Both the position numbers and the translations under genes were made by a program. From a virus (taxonomy: Duplodnaviria; Caudoviricetes): a stretch of DNA of 64,000 bases. Location of the stretch: IMG/VR virus record IMGVR_UViG_3300037484_000435, positions 256,001-320,000 of that record. The stretch is one strand, 5' to 3'. The notes under the pieces are model-generated. The model was not told where the DNA came from. It saw nothing but the letters and a program-made list of their open reading frames with translations, and did not search any database. Within the stretch, counting starts at the first letter, position 1. Every line of letters starts with the position of its first letter. Shown here piece after piece: positions 20,801 to 26,266 of this stretch.

Positions 20801-21052
20801 ATTAGTATTACCAAAGTAACATCTTAGGGCCCCTAAAAAAACAGAACCGCTCACTGTGACCTCTAGGCAAGTATATTGCCCAGAAGCCAGAGTAAAAGCG
20901 GTTACATCGTAGTTATTATTTTTGAGAGCATTAAGCTCATCTGTAGTTAGTGATTTATAGGTATAGAAACTCCAGTAAGGCCATGGAGCATAAGCATCGT
21001 TACCTGGTATACATGTTAAAGTTCCACTTTCGGTTAAATAATTTCGTAACAT
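5888..21052 (-). CDS. Giant 5,054-aa multidomain virion adhesin/tail-appendage protein, paralog 1: about eight F5/8 type C-like domains, one LamG/concanavalin-like domain, DUF4082-like repeats, shared C-terminal scaffold
   Basis: Long intact ORF, rich in Tyr, Trp, Ser, Thr and Gly. Repeated discoidin signatures (MTSNT.P.PY.V; W.l.gSNd...W..l; YRYYRl; l.elef) and LamG signatures (YTVAFWFKP, WHHIAY, VWVDG, LDNVMHFNKYLTDEEV). It lies downstream of the TMP and baseplate genes. Confidence 0.85.
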   Translation of the reverse strand: MLRNYLTESGTLTCIPGNDAYAPWPYWSFYTYKSLTTDELNALKNNNYDVTAFTLASGQYTCLEVTVSGSVFLGALRCYFGNTNTNYLLTGLAIEQPTYLLTTVTGVFMGDGSKNTSTTRAVPTMTSNTAPAPYVVSTSRNHSLDYQIFSQPAMPAGWDPQDYTGWIKVDCGVNNPKCINKYRYKTWWNPNRPIRSWVLRASNDNINWVDLDIRNDQYWLGAPNFDGVWSIWFTFYNDQRYRYYLFDILAGWANYINLEKIEYVEAITFPSFTKEQIPHTVYFDDVARIEREDVKGVIAYWEQLEGNIGYFESEPIPLLTAETVNLVSADYHTTPEISLPESRDLTNQSIRQIIRQPSGLPETSHVSLTLSGAQDGPVSLSHVSIAPINITVSSTLFDSDHVQDHAVRGDIRHWVSDIGKCGHFEGDPILLDVGQTISGTWIQDEVWAGVGTPDPITNKQGYAIRQLIPGTEVTSTNDGIRVTLQSTDEDIVIRNMSYMPATSTVVTLDFQTNSSFEQRNIKGPIVRWKNDGIVTGVNLQNITPTDIDLIDNLVIEKSQHYGHFEGPEVDFDDGQEAIMYDANVIGFRCTNHGLVPGDYITVEGTEFYDGQYIVLTFSTAHIVVVWGIYDEETFTPSAKIRKIISIGPQIDDYGAKQDARDVVAYTQINFLNGHTGYIIDYNSYGKGYGSVELSIIEENTEITSIYDVLYDESGYLSSTPGPSITPEYESSMPDFSSGNLVFKSRTSILGFMNLGYELDDPGRAYVTRSSEKWAGSFFVVCEAQDPEFEGDWTGWEGTAKFFDRRMSQPWECLIKDECPWIDLCYRGPMPVKFGFDLGSPKVFSKYRMWVQTVLCGTYGCPDPACSKPKSWKFQASNTPDVESSWVTLEQVIDYDPDLFAPSQYPPDRQIPGTCAVGDWFDYPTLELYRYYRLLVYDVWVKPYVYNKMCSPVGTESTHICELDFCEHRTSPGLFPAIVNSTIFFDKVHQVLPNEHMRENSTAYYSLSFDGGLTWSIYEQDHWKTIAKNDGGVWKYYREFWRTADENNARKALWHAFSAGSNRMTSTQLQSIPQADYLTLMVSGCYPQFGVGLVSNGVIESLLEGITIKGIAYNPVGTATPQEFLFDGQRGCTISGGYNILTSDWLNVTVPADLDILIASDIDESSGALSRLSGYTDYRYFELPKFASYDEQTVVVSDFTSQSGVVLLKNIEVRKSDLVIFPATNNGLQISDWVTLTGTSFYNKLYNVKYALPDFFGVTEKHTVEIVSPDAYATQLITVNTPTSYAPDVQVGSVVEFSEPSYYLTTNYMETAPSGLYWVTENTCQPGKEATYAFDIDSSVEFHSGRPIDKGPVIIGLGMTEQRTFNKLRIKSSSNYYYWDIEFPHNVEVSASNLTSPSLENESHWTFLTSGVCVLPIAPNRYSDFMGITASGAYYHYRLKVNSIYGDNTCCVRLGKLEFSDDSGSNIGFTILEAKQGFDARYLFDGTTYSQYVSKYPMSSGVVNIGIDYRSKPVQITAFNLTAVKDSVTVGSQNLAHRLVSPKTVSLWASTSGTPRLDVDADWIKLTQVDYDKPGGDLPSGGEAVTGPTITIPYSPEDSVRRIEGNLVAGNTNAISDNNVLFVDLTIPLDNGYVIDKIGLNCLGTPGEARFKLCKNINDLTWEVSDIGPINHPSDGLHWTTLSAPLKVPAVGNYYVGIWRGVSSLSSLQRTSSGKNFRYANLGVIPSPGPTGTVTLGSYRTDLILPLVVQYMAFDDLPSSALNYRLQVSSVWGGSTYNMELSGMSIETAEGNSYTETVTYSEASYPVKLLDLPAYYQVTGMVITSVSGTQGGYVEVDGNPDTASGTYSNSFWTIVDRHWNLDNGKAIAYVGVDSDLASNISFRIFKDRNVGGEWYDIWDIATFTHSGGGFRWFKLTNPYEIPSDGATYHLGWYQPNFPRMMGDYTGAQLVSYQYGDYTGTNINLPLHSTQRPHLAVRYSTYFTVGTDTDHDIMYPAFSPGTDGHQYVGGTTLGPFTTASAVYLYRPATPIVPDTQGITTYTFYFEDSRGDTYNAWPYTISGSASFEATHFAQHLMDGDPSTFFYSYRKLDETQHLYFMLRFDEPSYINAFRFQTGSSYNYYLEHFPTMITIGGSNSPRNLLSSDGWDELYFDDGFLAPRTNATKLPWVYFDDYVDSYRYFRFDPCHSNFATGYSSLAEMELLINKSYQSYHIVEEPYNVIQRIVGSGIDPASIEMLYHPGVHRAVKEIYNTFTSYGASEPSPGSYFYHGENNLNTVCPTPEVIFKYDPENPEDIPFTVVELGNSNIMAWHTLDEEEGDYDDLSGNNVIATRVGPVLSNVGKVGRCAYISDDNSDEERNIRFTLPSRLTEYTVAFWFKPGHTVDVGYTAYYDIMGGWVSYGAIPGVWHISYYQDLLFNDSPYPYLQPKECYYQSRLVFGNYGKAIVTGRYRWPNQVWHHIAYAFKSDGSMKVWVDGAPDIYSSNLYSDVYPSDSVIMVDPTDIHYTERDQANCMYFGLPLKGSDGVKGEFSLDNVMHFNKYLTDEEVFNMYRLKYPTLNQDGLYFAKATTLEAPGKIVVDFGRRVCLTRFGIRSSVDTPLLGPEVKYGLDALDPEEGWKILSEVYDYVPPPSAPLIRKEEEFLITISGTFPRKLFTLRDSIERLEVYLGVDSPCKGGWYSKQLDIPTTWGFANYWISGDYTYVFQGNPTGIPGGTYISDIGMYSSVPITGITYKAVFHWDASVNSIFNICSGITHPGTGNYWYHLPEPYLIPASGAFWEPGLYLGTGQTLVGFAGNTQRQYGVYYRLGNQVGDRISIPNSPGIVNEPKIAFRSSPTYSLLGDGNSLVSSQFAGSGIVMSWSGTNNFANLDLYLGTNAIVPDTQGVVRVRIVYYEKDEVPEVMWNNLLNTKAYQYYGINIYGSTTCATGINISSLHFSDVPVIPSVSGNYSTTISGIYTVGKYIPYIRTFIEQEEFVDTSLSRDDQFSWTSVSASGVESLTHGDFQSVGSGDLSIAHTFRSSPSVSGIKVYPYHVGITDWSLLCTPSVVTFGGNPSVVVPLQTSSDSDYINYTTSGNQWDMVILDIITGKVSWSPESPSGYLQDSGETYNLLTGGEYTPSGINILTYTTGRFNDSISIPVVTDTLSSGGLVDITDATYSGVFVLTAASGNRISLSAPLYSTSLSGGSFLRRIVPCPSSLLGNELSFTTQSGATVESSSEYQTIVSDVRGSQAIQSIHNLVSQSSGVALAFNKGFDDMVGGQAFKLDSLGMTSNTDPAPYSVHTDYNDVEELTFIITEKTDFPYKLMTITPGTIIDSVGVEIIDPARDAYQFDGDVSAGDVDGVNGQTYVDGSLVLGENKELTRIGFYTTSAVPLVFLIYEDCFNTPGLPIAYYKTLVTGTHLGNGLNYFDLPETFVVPEKHWRFRIAVSRTYQDAPLQKSIHTSVGSSLYYGDSVNFYGYPISSNPTYSSLAVWSNSKLAIQAGYRATFSVGYDSSHQDFFVPKFTAASGTQVAQQGPAGPYSIPRDIYMYFQGDTLKAINLKVTITKKKNIYKVLDGLSEDSVVLSDVVVDLGESGKFDGYRFFPGETVSGWGWSVYGATTIPYWTSISGNFSVIPSDYTWTSVFDLDSDYRYYAFKFDNQVQLRELQFTNRLSLSSGVACSATSSGTDWVYNYLGRIARIDVDSSEPSGTALYHAVTFDQGITYKVFDTDYWRPVIRDNAGQWEYYDTSWMTPPQNTKFSALRSIIDAGSYRFPSVELEQVEESEWHGAGAAANAGTLGFIQYFKGQNPYSPVLYGYHLHHITRSGGNDVSWLGSLVPSGYGYTVATQSGVTKKIDIPYRIDSGYETIYGRVETSKFRLYLANPSASGVPVSELAVLDVQLPDHPYYTEPFTYPTHLAPIMSSGVQIPELHDEHVRTGGIIIPENTAVDYEIREIPDDLGLFYGELRVYFTKGLDAPNVLSVAPEVTHLSGTASGTSFIPTSTSGLVILPYRELNDDHYSIYFWSGHPLATIAVRVGNNNPVGSGIVRVNELAIFPLDFDGGWNVPDVFNHLESADNKNVVNATVSGVIRMPPVPMTSYTTPSPYKVYSNADYGASYEPWRMFDYSDSTWWMPENFSFPRWCMIETGPESTSHRIFKYRLKPTFVLTDASAWCKSWVVEGSNDLVGWDLLDSVDNAVRPAEATWTSYYYIVKPNFYRYYRIVFTDSAGYKFRSLELDYQSDAWTNVQGAQQELSTPHLERLFNTSISGAIPLFPNRYVGVESNLNRFSAKSKEFRLYVDSNQNLNASLYTQVSGSVDWTQRNLTWSGAGYFYSPFDTETITATKVFCSNTASASGGYNSIRWLRAIQLINTGEDVAFGATGSGIGVADLPTIYARYEQIKVYNNNRTGTYANARVLPRFSNNYHLDRVVLISEDQVNWSHVDVGTNLPEDYSFGIGEFEGTNLAYDGAIELNSNTTSGHWISPVIEILDPSSTACYVYCENIAHDESYITKDFQSGMNIVEVRSSNTKPIHSFLVTGVDTSPTDGLQYPWKMVAFDSNGSDSSWPARGMYDPARLERGSLTAANSSPRRMWPYSSRLPLWQFYGFLDANRRGAISLGQEYGGNFDITEDGSNRNEDWYRAYYVWPQGVAIPSTDPASSQNLHIYPRTNAFLYPIFNKALRYTTRAEGGVNKGAFHFVDAILRTQPFYERFQEYYYADTLFHLRNLYSFQGSASTPESNTEIDYLYSFPGLIDALYTDGVRFGSCLDNHSDSFSYWVHYAHEYDNNNYYRTLLVTDERVEKEFTNIELKFNYVLEGAHDAPRGFWGLAERAVYWLEYEGGALSVRYSVSSDSLGKEFKLITFGNIDYNNNLWFVDLMTERVIRINFEDLQAGNQPVDYSRAIDGASSVYPDPYDGSAYVYVIRDPEFPTNDCVKIVHVGDYDYIVPETVCVVPGVSLIESYNVNLYGRSTTPQGYYTVLPQDVFWNDDTQWERYSAGSPTLPKGHYKQLKVTLRRRDLASASPRVRYIRIPKPALLNKIPWHGYRDLFIDTLSQDEDIDLASGDYTLDLLIWWPRE
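13405..14130 (-). other. LamG/concanavalin A-like lectin domain inside the 5,054-aa protein
   Basis: GKVGRCAYI...YTVAFWFKP...QVWHHIAYAFKSDGSMKVWVDG...FSLDNVMHFNKYLTDEEVFNMY matches the LamG-like pattern. Confidence 0.8.
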
Positions 21053-21080
21053 CCATTCCTGCCATTACCTTTCCATAAAG

Positions 21081-21776
21081 TTATCCACTAAAATCAATGT
21101 TGTTAGTAATACACATCAGGGCCCACTTAATGGCGTCATCCACTGAGACATGGGCCGACGCTGGGCCATGGAGTTCTCCTGAAGCGGTGGTTGCTAAGTC
21201 ATAAGAATTAGGATAACCAGTTGTAAAACCGAGTGTCTCAGCACCAGTACCACCTGTAACTTTCGCACTAGATGTGTCACCCCAACTACTTGAGTTAAAA
21301 GACTTCTTAGTAGAACCTGACAGAATAAGAAATTTTCCATCCTCATACTTTACTTGAGCGTTTCGATAACTCAATATATTAGAAGCAGTAGATTTTACAC
21401 CAGATGCAGTTAGCTGTAATTGTGTTTGTAGGTTATCAGCCAAAATACTACCAGCAAAAGTACCGGTGGCCGTAGTCAATGTGACGGCCCCAGAATCTGC
21501 CTCATCTAGAGCAACCGTTAAGGTGTACCCCGAAACAGTAACGGGGGAGTTCACAGAAAAGGACTGTGCCCATCCACGCCTCATATCCGAAATAAATATC
21601 GGAGGTACTGCTGTTCTTGCTGTCACATTAGAATATACTGTTGAGGCAGCATACACATAGAGGATGTATCTTTCATCCCCATCTTCCCCCGCAGGTACAC
21701 GTGAAACTATATCTACATATACAGTTTTGGTATTGCTGGGGTAATTATCATCATATACAGTTACATTGTAAGCCAT
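21081..21776 (-). CDS. Hypothetical virion structural protein (231 aa, Thr/Ser/Ala-rich, beta-strand-like)
   Basis: Track ORF with a GGAGA RBS, tightly packed in the operon. No recognisable family. Confidence 0.7.
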   Translation of the reverse strand: MAYNVTVYDDNYPSNTKTVYVDIVSRVPAGEDGDERYILYVYAASTVYSNVTARTAVPPIFISDMRRGWAQSFSVNSPVTVSGYTLTVALDEADSGAVTLTTATGTFAGSILADNLQTQLQLTASGVKSTASNILSYRNAQVKYEDGKFLILSGSTKKSFNSSSWGDTSSAKVTGGTGAETLGFTTGYPNSYDLATTASGELHGPASAHVSVDDAIKWALMCITNNIDFSG

Positions 21777-21777
21777 A

Positions 21778-22140
21778 TTAAGTCTCCCTATATTTCATTC
21801 CACTAACTACTGTGGTAAAATAATAGCAGTTTGGATCTTCGCATTGCCAACCGGGTGGATTCGCAGCTTGTATAAGCCGACCACTAGTTGTGGTATGTAA
21901 CGAACATGGATAACTGCTGTAATCTAGTCCAAAAAAGGACCGATCAGTAGAATTCCCAGCCACGAAAATGCCCTCTATATAGGTAGCTTGTCCTGCGGAC
22001 ATGCCAGTATAGAGGCGACCTTCGTACTTGTACTTATCCCTATACTCAGAACTATACGGGCAAAGTTTATAAGAATAACCCCGTTTCCGCTTGTCTTCCC
22101 CCAAGTCATCATAAAAGGGGTAATGCCTAGCCCAACTCAT
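21778..22140 (-). CDS. Hypothetical protein (120 aa, Tyr-rich, possible Cys/His metal site)
   Basis: Track ORF with an AAGGA RBS. Contains LCPY, PCSLH and QCEDPNC. Confidence 0.65.
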   Translation of the reverse strand: MSWARHYPFYDDLGEDKRKRGYSYKLCPYSSEYRDKYKYEGRLYTGMSAGQATYIEGIFVAGNSTDRSFFGLDYSSYPCSLHTTTSGRLIQAANPPGWQCEDPNCYYFTTVVSGMKYRET

Positions 22141-22150
22141 AAACTATCCT

Positions 22151-22381
22151 TTAGGGTTCGGGTATCGCAGATTTGCTAATTCTCAGCCCAATTTTGGTCT
22201 GAGAGTTCCAAGGATTCAGATTAGGGTCAATAACCTCACCAGTTATAAGACTGATATACTCAAGTGTAATACCTGACCCATTAATAACTGGAATTTGACC
22301 ATTAACAAAGAAGAAGCCTGTATCTTCATTCTTCGAGGTCCTAGACCCTCCCAGTCCTGTTTGCCCTATTGCGTCTAACAT
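22151..22381 (-). CDS. Small hypothetical protein (76 aa), tandem paralog B
   Basis: GGGGAG RBS. Shares GQTGLGGSRTSKNE and NPWNSQTKIGL with the adjacent 72-aa ORF. Confidence 0.85.
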   Translation of the reverse strand: MLDAIGQTGLGGSRTSKNEDTGFFFVNGQIPVINGSGITLEYISLITGEVIDPNLNPWNSQTKIGLRISKSAIPEP

Positions 22382-22417
22382 TTATGTCTCCCCCTACGAT
22401 CATTGTAGTTACGTGAT

Positions 22418-22636
22418 TTATTCAACGCTAATCTTCAAGCCAATCTTGGTCTGTGAGTTCCAAGGATTCAGCATAGGATCGATTACCATCCCCGTAACCA
22501 AATCATAATACTCAATTGCTATGCCACTACCGGCAAGAATTGGAATATTGCCATTCAAATAGAAATGGCCCTTAACTTCGTTCTTTGAGGTCCTAGACCC
22601 GCCAAGACCCGTTTGTCCAGTTGCATCTAATGCCAT
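22418..22636 (-). CDS. Small hypothetical protein (72 aa), tandem paralog A
   Basis: AGGAG RBS. Shares GQTGLGGSRTSKNE and NPWNSQTKIGL with the adjacent 76-aa ORF. Confidence 0.85.
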   Translation of the reverse strand: MALDATGQTGLGGSRTSKNEVKGHFYLNGNIPILAGSGIAIEYYDLVTGMVIDPMLNPWNSQTKIGLKISVE

Positions 22637-22648
22637 TGTAGACTCCTC

Positions 22649-23062
22649 CTAATTAATTATGTCCTCTGGGTTTAGAACCCATGCCGGATAAACCAGCATT
22701 TTGTGGTGTATTCGTTCGTCGTGCCCCGAACAATCTATTAAAAACCGTAGCCCATTTTTAAGCTCTTTCAATGAACCAGATTTATTGTGTAACAAAACAC
22801 ACCCTTTTAAAATAACATCATCGTCTTTATACTCAACCTCTTTCCACTGTAACCTAGCAATATAAAAATTACTAGGTAAAAATAATTTAGTGCCTAGATT
22901 TTGTCGAGTAAAATCCAAATCCATATAAGTATCTGGATTAATCTTCGCAGCAATCTTCAAAACTGGCCCACTAAACCAAGCCTTCTTAAAAGTTGCTACG
23001 TCCCCGTTATACTTTAAACCCTTCCACTGTAAGAACAGTTGATATATTTCCTTAACTTGCAT
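22649..23062 (-). CDS. Hypothetical basic protein (137 aa)
   Basis: Strong RBS (CAGGAGGGGT-ATG) and co-oriented in the operon. No recognisable motif. Confidence 0.75.
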   Translation of the reverse strand: MQVKEIYQLFLQWKGLKYNGDVATFKKAWFSGPVLKIAAKINPDTYMDLDFTRQNLGTKLFLPSNFYIARLQWKEVEYKDDDVILKGCVLLHNKSGSLKELKNGLRFLIDCSGHDERIHHKMLVYPAWVLNPEDIIN

Positions 23063-23087
23063 ACCCCTCCTGTTGTGTTAAACCACC

Positions 23088-23819
23088 TTACGAAGGTAGA
23101 TAAATAGGTTGCAACGTGATTGTCACACTAGCACTTGCTTTAACACCGGGGGCCCAAAACCTACTGTGCCCCACATAAGAGAAGTTACCAAAATAAGTGG
23201 TATCGTATTCTCCAATAGAAAGTGCTTGTGCTTGTACATTTCCTTTTTCACCCTCAGTTGTTATACTATCGAGTGCTATAATCGCCCCCGTAGTAGTTTC
23301 TAAATTTGCTTGAGTATCATCCCCCACCAAGGTGCCTTCAGCAGTTCCCATGGCTAAAACACTGGGGAGAGGTTCAGCATACACTTTTCCACTATAACCC
23401 GCCACGTCCGCCAATAAATAGGAATTGCCCTGCCAAGTTTCCACCCCTTGGTTAGTACGATCCTTTGTATAACTATAACTGGTCACATAAAACTCACTGC
23501 TAAAAGGCTCAATAGTAGCTGAGGTTCCACATATAGCAGGAGTGATATTTATAATACCTTTAGCAGGAGACTCGGGGCACGGTTCGGCCTGGGATATCGT
23601 AATTTCTAATGAAATAGATGGTGTGATATCCCCATATACAGAAAAACTAACCGTGTTCTGGGCTGGAATTATTGCCGCGTAAGGGCTCCTTGACCCCAAG
23701 GTCCACAACTTATTCGGTTGTCCTCCTTTCGACCAATCTACAGATGTAATACCCTCATTCACTGGGGAGCCCGCCAAAGTAACAGAAACAACGCTCGCAT
23801 TTCCTATTATTACCGCCAT
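23088..23819 (-). CDS. Tail tube-fold-like structural protein (243 aa; possible tube initiator/baseplate component)
   Basis: Its ATG overlaps the endonuclease stop (TAATG). ITSVDWS...LWTLGSRSP...VSFSVY and FYVTSYSYT...VETWQG resemble the strand pattern of tail-tube family proteins (by eye). Confidence 0.55.
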   Translation of the reverse strand: MAVIIGNASVVSVTLAGSPVNEGITSVDWSKGGQPNKLWTLGSRSPYAAIIPAQNTVSFSVYGDITPSISLEITISQAEPCPESPAKGIINITPAICGTSATIEPFSSEFYVTSYSYTKDRTNQGVETWQGNSYLLADVAGYSGKVYAEPLPSVLAMGTAEGTLVGDDTQANLETTTGAIIALDSITTEGEKGNVQAQALSIGEYDTTYFGNFSYVGHSRFWAPGVKASASVTITLQPIYLPS

Positions 23820-24646
23820 TATAGTAGTCCCCCCTTAAGAAACTTTTCATTTTTACGTTCTAAAAATATTGTCGCATCCTTATATAACCATTGGCCAAAT
23901 TTTTGTAATTGCTTTACCCCTGTAAGCCCCCAATTACTGTAAGTTTCTTTTGGTGTAGTTATATAACCACCGACCCCAAGAATAGAAGAAATATTATACT
24001 TAAGCCATTGACAAAAAGATAATTTCCCAGTTATTTGTGCTTGAACTTTTTTTCCCTTAACACAAATACACCCATCTCCATCAAAAACACCCCGTATATA
24101 ATGATGAAAAAATTCACTAGAAACATCTCTTGGAAATATATCACTATAGGTTTTTCTAGGAACAATTCCATGACTGACTAAATCGTTAAACATTTTACTA
24201 GAATGAAAACTAATAACTACTCGGTCTAGGGTTGTATCGCGTATTGGTTTAGTCATCTGGGTTTCTTTACACAACAGTTCTAATATTTTTTTGTCTTTCT
24301 TATTAATCATAATCTGCATAACATATTTATTAGGAATATAATTATGGATACAACCATCAGCATAAATAAAACCTAAGAAATAAGCCTTTGCTTCGGTATC
24401 AATACGGTTGAAAAAATCCTCATCAAAAGTATACAATTTTTTTGGACGTAAATTTTTAGAACCATTTCTTATACGCATACTATCTATAAACTCTTGGGTT
24501 TTTAACAGGCCCATCTTAAATCCCATAGTATTAACGGATATTACTGTCCTTCCCAAAGCTTTGGCAATGTCTTCATTATAGTGTGTGGAAAACATATCAA
24601 CCAGAGTATATTTCTCTTCTTGTGTCCACAATTTACCGCCTGCCAT
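23819..24646 (-). CDS. Free-standing LAGLIDADG homing endonuclease 4 (275 aa, one N-terminal HTH-like repeat)
   Basis: Two LAGLIDADG helices, AYFLGFIYADGCI and YIRGVFDGDGCI. N-terminal WTQEE...LGRT...MGL repeat. GGAGG RBS. Confidence 0.9.
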   Translation of the reverse strand: MAGGKLWTQEEKYTLVDMFSTHYNEDIAKALGRTVISVNTMGFKMGLLKTQEFIDSMRIRNGSKNLRPKKLYTFDEDFFNRIDTEAKAYFLGFIYADGCIHNYIPNKYVMQIMINKKDKKILELLCKETQMTKPIRDTTLDRVVISFHSSKMFNDLVSHGIVPRKTYSDIFPRDVSSEFFHHYIRGVFDGDGCICVKGKKVQAQITGKLSFCQWLKYNISSILGVGGYITTPKETYSNWGLTGVKQLQKFGQWLYKDATIFLERKNEKFLKGGLL

Positions 24647-24716
24647 TACATAATTCCTCCAACTAGTATACTGCTTTAATCAACAGGTTACTTAATTTGT
24701 GTGTCCCAACAACTGA

Positions 24717-24974
24717 CTAGACCCTCTTACCTATAGCTACTGCTGTAACTTTGTACTCGTTGTAGTCTGTTTCACTCGCAGGTGCTAGACTTTGTTCTAG
24801 TATGTACCCTTTGAAATGAATGCCCCCAGCCGTAAGTTCTAAACCAGGACCACCGGGAGAATAGGGTGCCCCAGTACCAACCTTAGAGTAAACTGTCATT
24901 GAAATGTTTGCTAATCCATTACTCTGGTAAGAAATACTAAGAGTAGAACAATCAAGAAACGATTCGTCGGCCAT
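24717..24974 (-). CDS. Small hypothetical structural protein (85 aa)
   Basis: Its ATG overlaps the stop of endonuclease 3 (TAATG). Beta-strand-like pattern (LSISY, ISMTVY, FKGYIL, YKVTAVA). Confidence 0.7.
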   Translation of the reverse strand: MADESFLDCSTLSISYQSNGLANISMTVYSKVGTGAPYSPGGPGLELTAGGIHFKGYILEQSLAPASETDYNEYKVTAVAIGKRV

Positions 24975-25900
24975 TAGATTAACTCCGCTAGGTAAAATTT
25001 TTCATATTTCCTCAACAGAAAAAATCCACTACTTGAGTAAAGCCATCTAGCAAAATCTTTTAATTGGTTTCTGCCTCGAAGTTCCCACCTATAGTGGTTC
25101 CGAACTTTATAGATATTTCCCGAGATGTCTATACTCTCTTTCAAAGTTTTCTTTACCCATTCACAAGTATTTTGATGGCCGACAATTGCCACTGTAGACT
25201 GCCCTATATTTTGGTGTATATAAACACATCCATCCGAATCAAATAACCCCCTTAACAGGTCACGTTTATACTGTGTATCTGGGATTGTCATATTATGGGT
25301 TTTATTTGTAACAACACCACACTTAATTAAATCAGCCATAAGGAGTTCTGAGTGCAATACCAATTCGACATAATTTTTTCGAGAGCAATATATTCTTCCA
25401 GAAAAGGACATAATATTTTTTGTAAAATCTAATAATTCAATATCCCGCTTGTGCAATAAAATTCTTAATGATTGGTTCTTATAATTACAACCGTCACCTA
25501 GAATAAAACCTAGTAAATACGCCCTGTTCTCCGTATTTATTTCTCTGAAAAAATTTTGGTCAAACGTGTTCTTTCGCCGTATTGCACTTACAATCTGAAA
25601 AGTAGTTTTTGGGTCTCTCTTAATTCCGAGACGTTGGGCCTTATCTTTGATCGACGGCCAATGTCGGGGACTAAAAATTTCTATTAGATCCGCTCTACTT
25701 TTAAATGGGTACATCTTATACAACAATGAAACTTCATCTTGAGTCCACGCAACCTGTTCGGATTGGGGACGTAAACCAAGCACACCTAATTTATTACTAA
25801 CAGCCCTCTTAGATTTTCCAAGATACTCTGATAAGTAATTACGAGTATGAAAAAGGTAATTATCTGATAACCACGTTATTTCTTTATCTGCCCACTTCAT
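24974..25900 (-). CDS. Free-standing LAGLIDADG homing endonuclease 3 (308 aa, two N-terminal HTH-like repeats)
   Basis: AYLLGFILGDGCN and LLRGLFDSDGCV. N-terminal WADKE and WTQDE repeats. GGAGA RBS. Confidence 0.9.
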   Translation of the reverse strand: MKWADKEITWLSDNYLFHTRNYLSEYLGKSKRAVSNKLGVLGLRPQSEQVAWTQDEVSLLYKMYPFKSRADLIEIFSPRHWPSIKDKAQRLGIKRDPKTTFQIVSAIRRKNTFDQNFFREINTENRAYLLGFILGDGCNYKNQSLRILLHKRDIELLDFTKNIMSFSGRIYCSRKNYVELVLHSELLMADLIKCGVVTNKTHNMTIPDTQYKRDLLRGLFDSDGCVYIHQNIGQSTVAIVGHQNTCEWVKKTLKESIDISGNIYKVRNHYRWELRGRNQLKDFARWLYSSSGFFLLRKYEKFYLAELI

Positions 25901-25912
25901 AAAATTTCTCCA

Positions 25913-26266
25913 TTAAAAACTAAAATCCTTTACTCCAGGAATTTCGTCCTCATCGACGAAAGTTGGTATCTTTCTCTCTTGGCCTGTAAAAACTATGTTA
26001 CCTTCCGCATCTACGTATTGCGAGGCGTTATACTGTGCAGTCTCAAAACTGGCTTCAGGGTTCAACCCTATAAAATCTTCCGACTCCAATAGTTGAGACG
26101 TAGCCCTATAATTCCTTGTAACTCTTACTTCCCCACCAAAAGACTGCAGGATATAATTAATAGACCCCTTAGCCATAGTACAGGGACAACTATTACAGAC
26201 AGGAGCAGGAGCCCCAGCACGTAATTTATAACTCACACCAGCTATACAAGATTCTAAATTAGCCAT
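25913..26266 (-). CDS. Small hypothetical protein (117 aa, CxxCxC motif)
   Basis: Its ATG overlaps the stop of endonuclease 2 (TAATG). Contains VCNSCPC. Confidence 0.7.
   Translation of the reverse strand: MANLESCIAGVSYKLRAGAPAPVCNSCPCTMAKGSINYILQSFGGEVRVTRNYRATSQLLESEDFIGLNPEASFETAQYNASQYVDAEGNIVFTGQERKIPTFVDEDEIPGVKDFSF

Larger units (their letters stand above)
22151..22636 (-). repeat. Tandem gene duplication with DNA-level similarity
   Basis: gagttccaaggattcag occurs in both copies (~22206 and ~22456), as does gaggtcctagaccc (~22336 and ~22587). Confidence 0.85.

Noticed and set aside
1-21052. Diversity-generating retroelement (template/variable repeat pair) acting on the adhesin genes
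   Set aside because: No reverse transcriptase is present and I saw no ~100-nt near-identical repeat pair with adenine-specific mismatches. The paralog similarity is at protein level only.
24647-24716. Sigma70-like promoter upstream of endonuclease 4 (TATACT at 24665-24670)
   Set aside because: The hexamer 17 nt upstream is AAGTAA, and TTGATT is only 7 nt from the -10 box, so there is no supportable -35 element.
24645-24716. ATG-TAA start-stop overlapping the HE4 start, and a possible remnant of a fifth endonuclease in this gap
   Set aside because: The GGAGG spacing fits the second ATG better, and the resemblance of the gap translation to endonuclease C-termini is too short to distinguish from chance.
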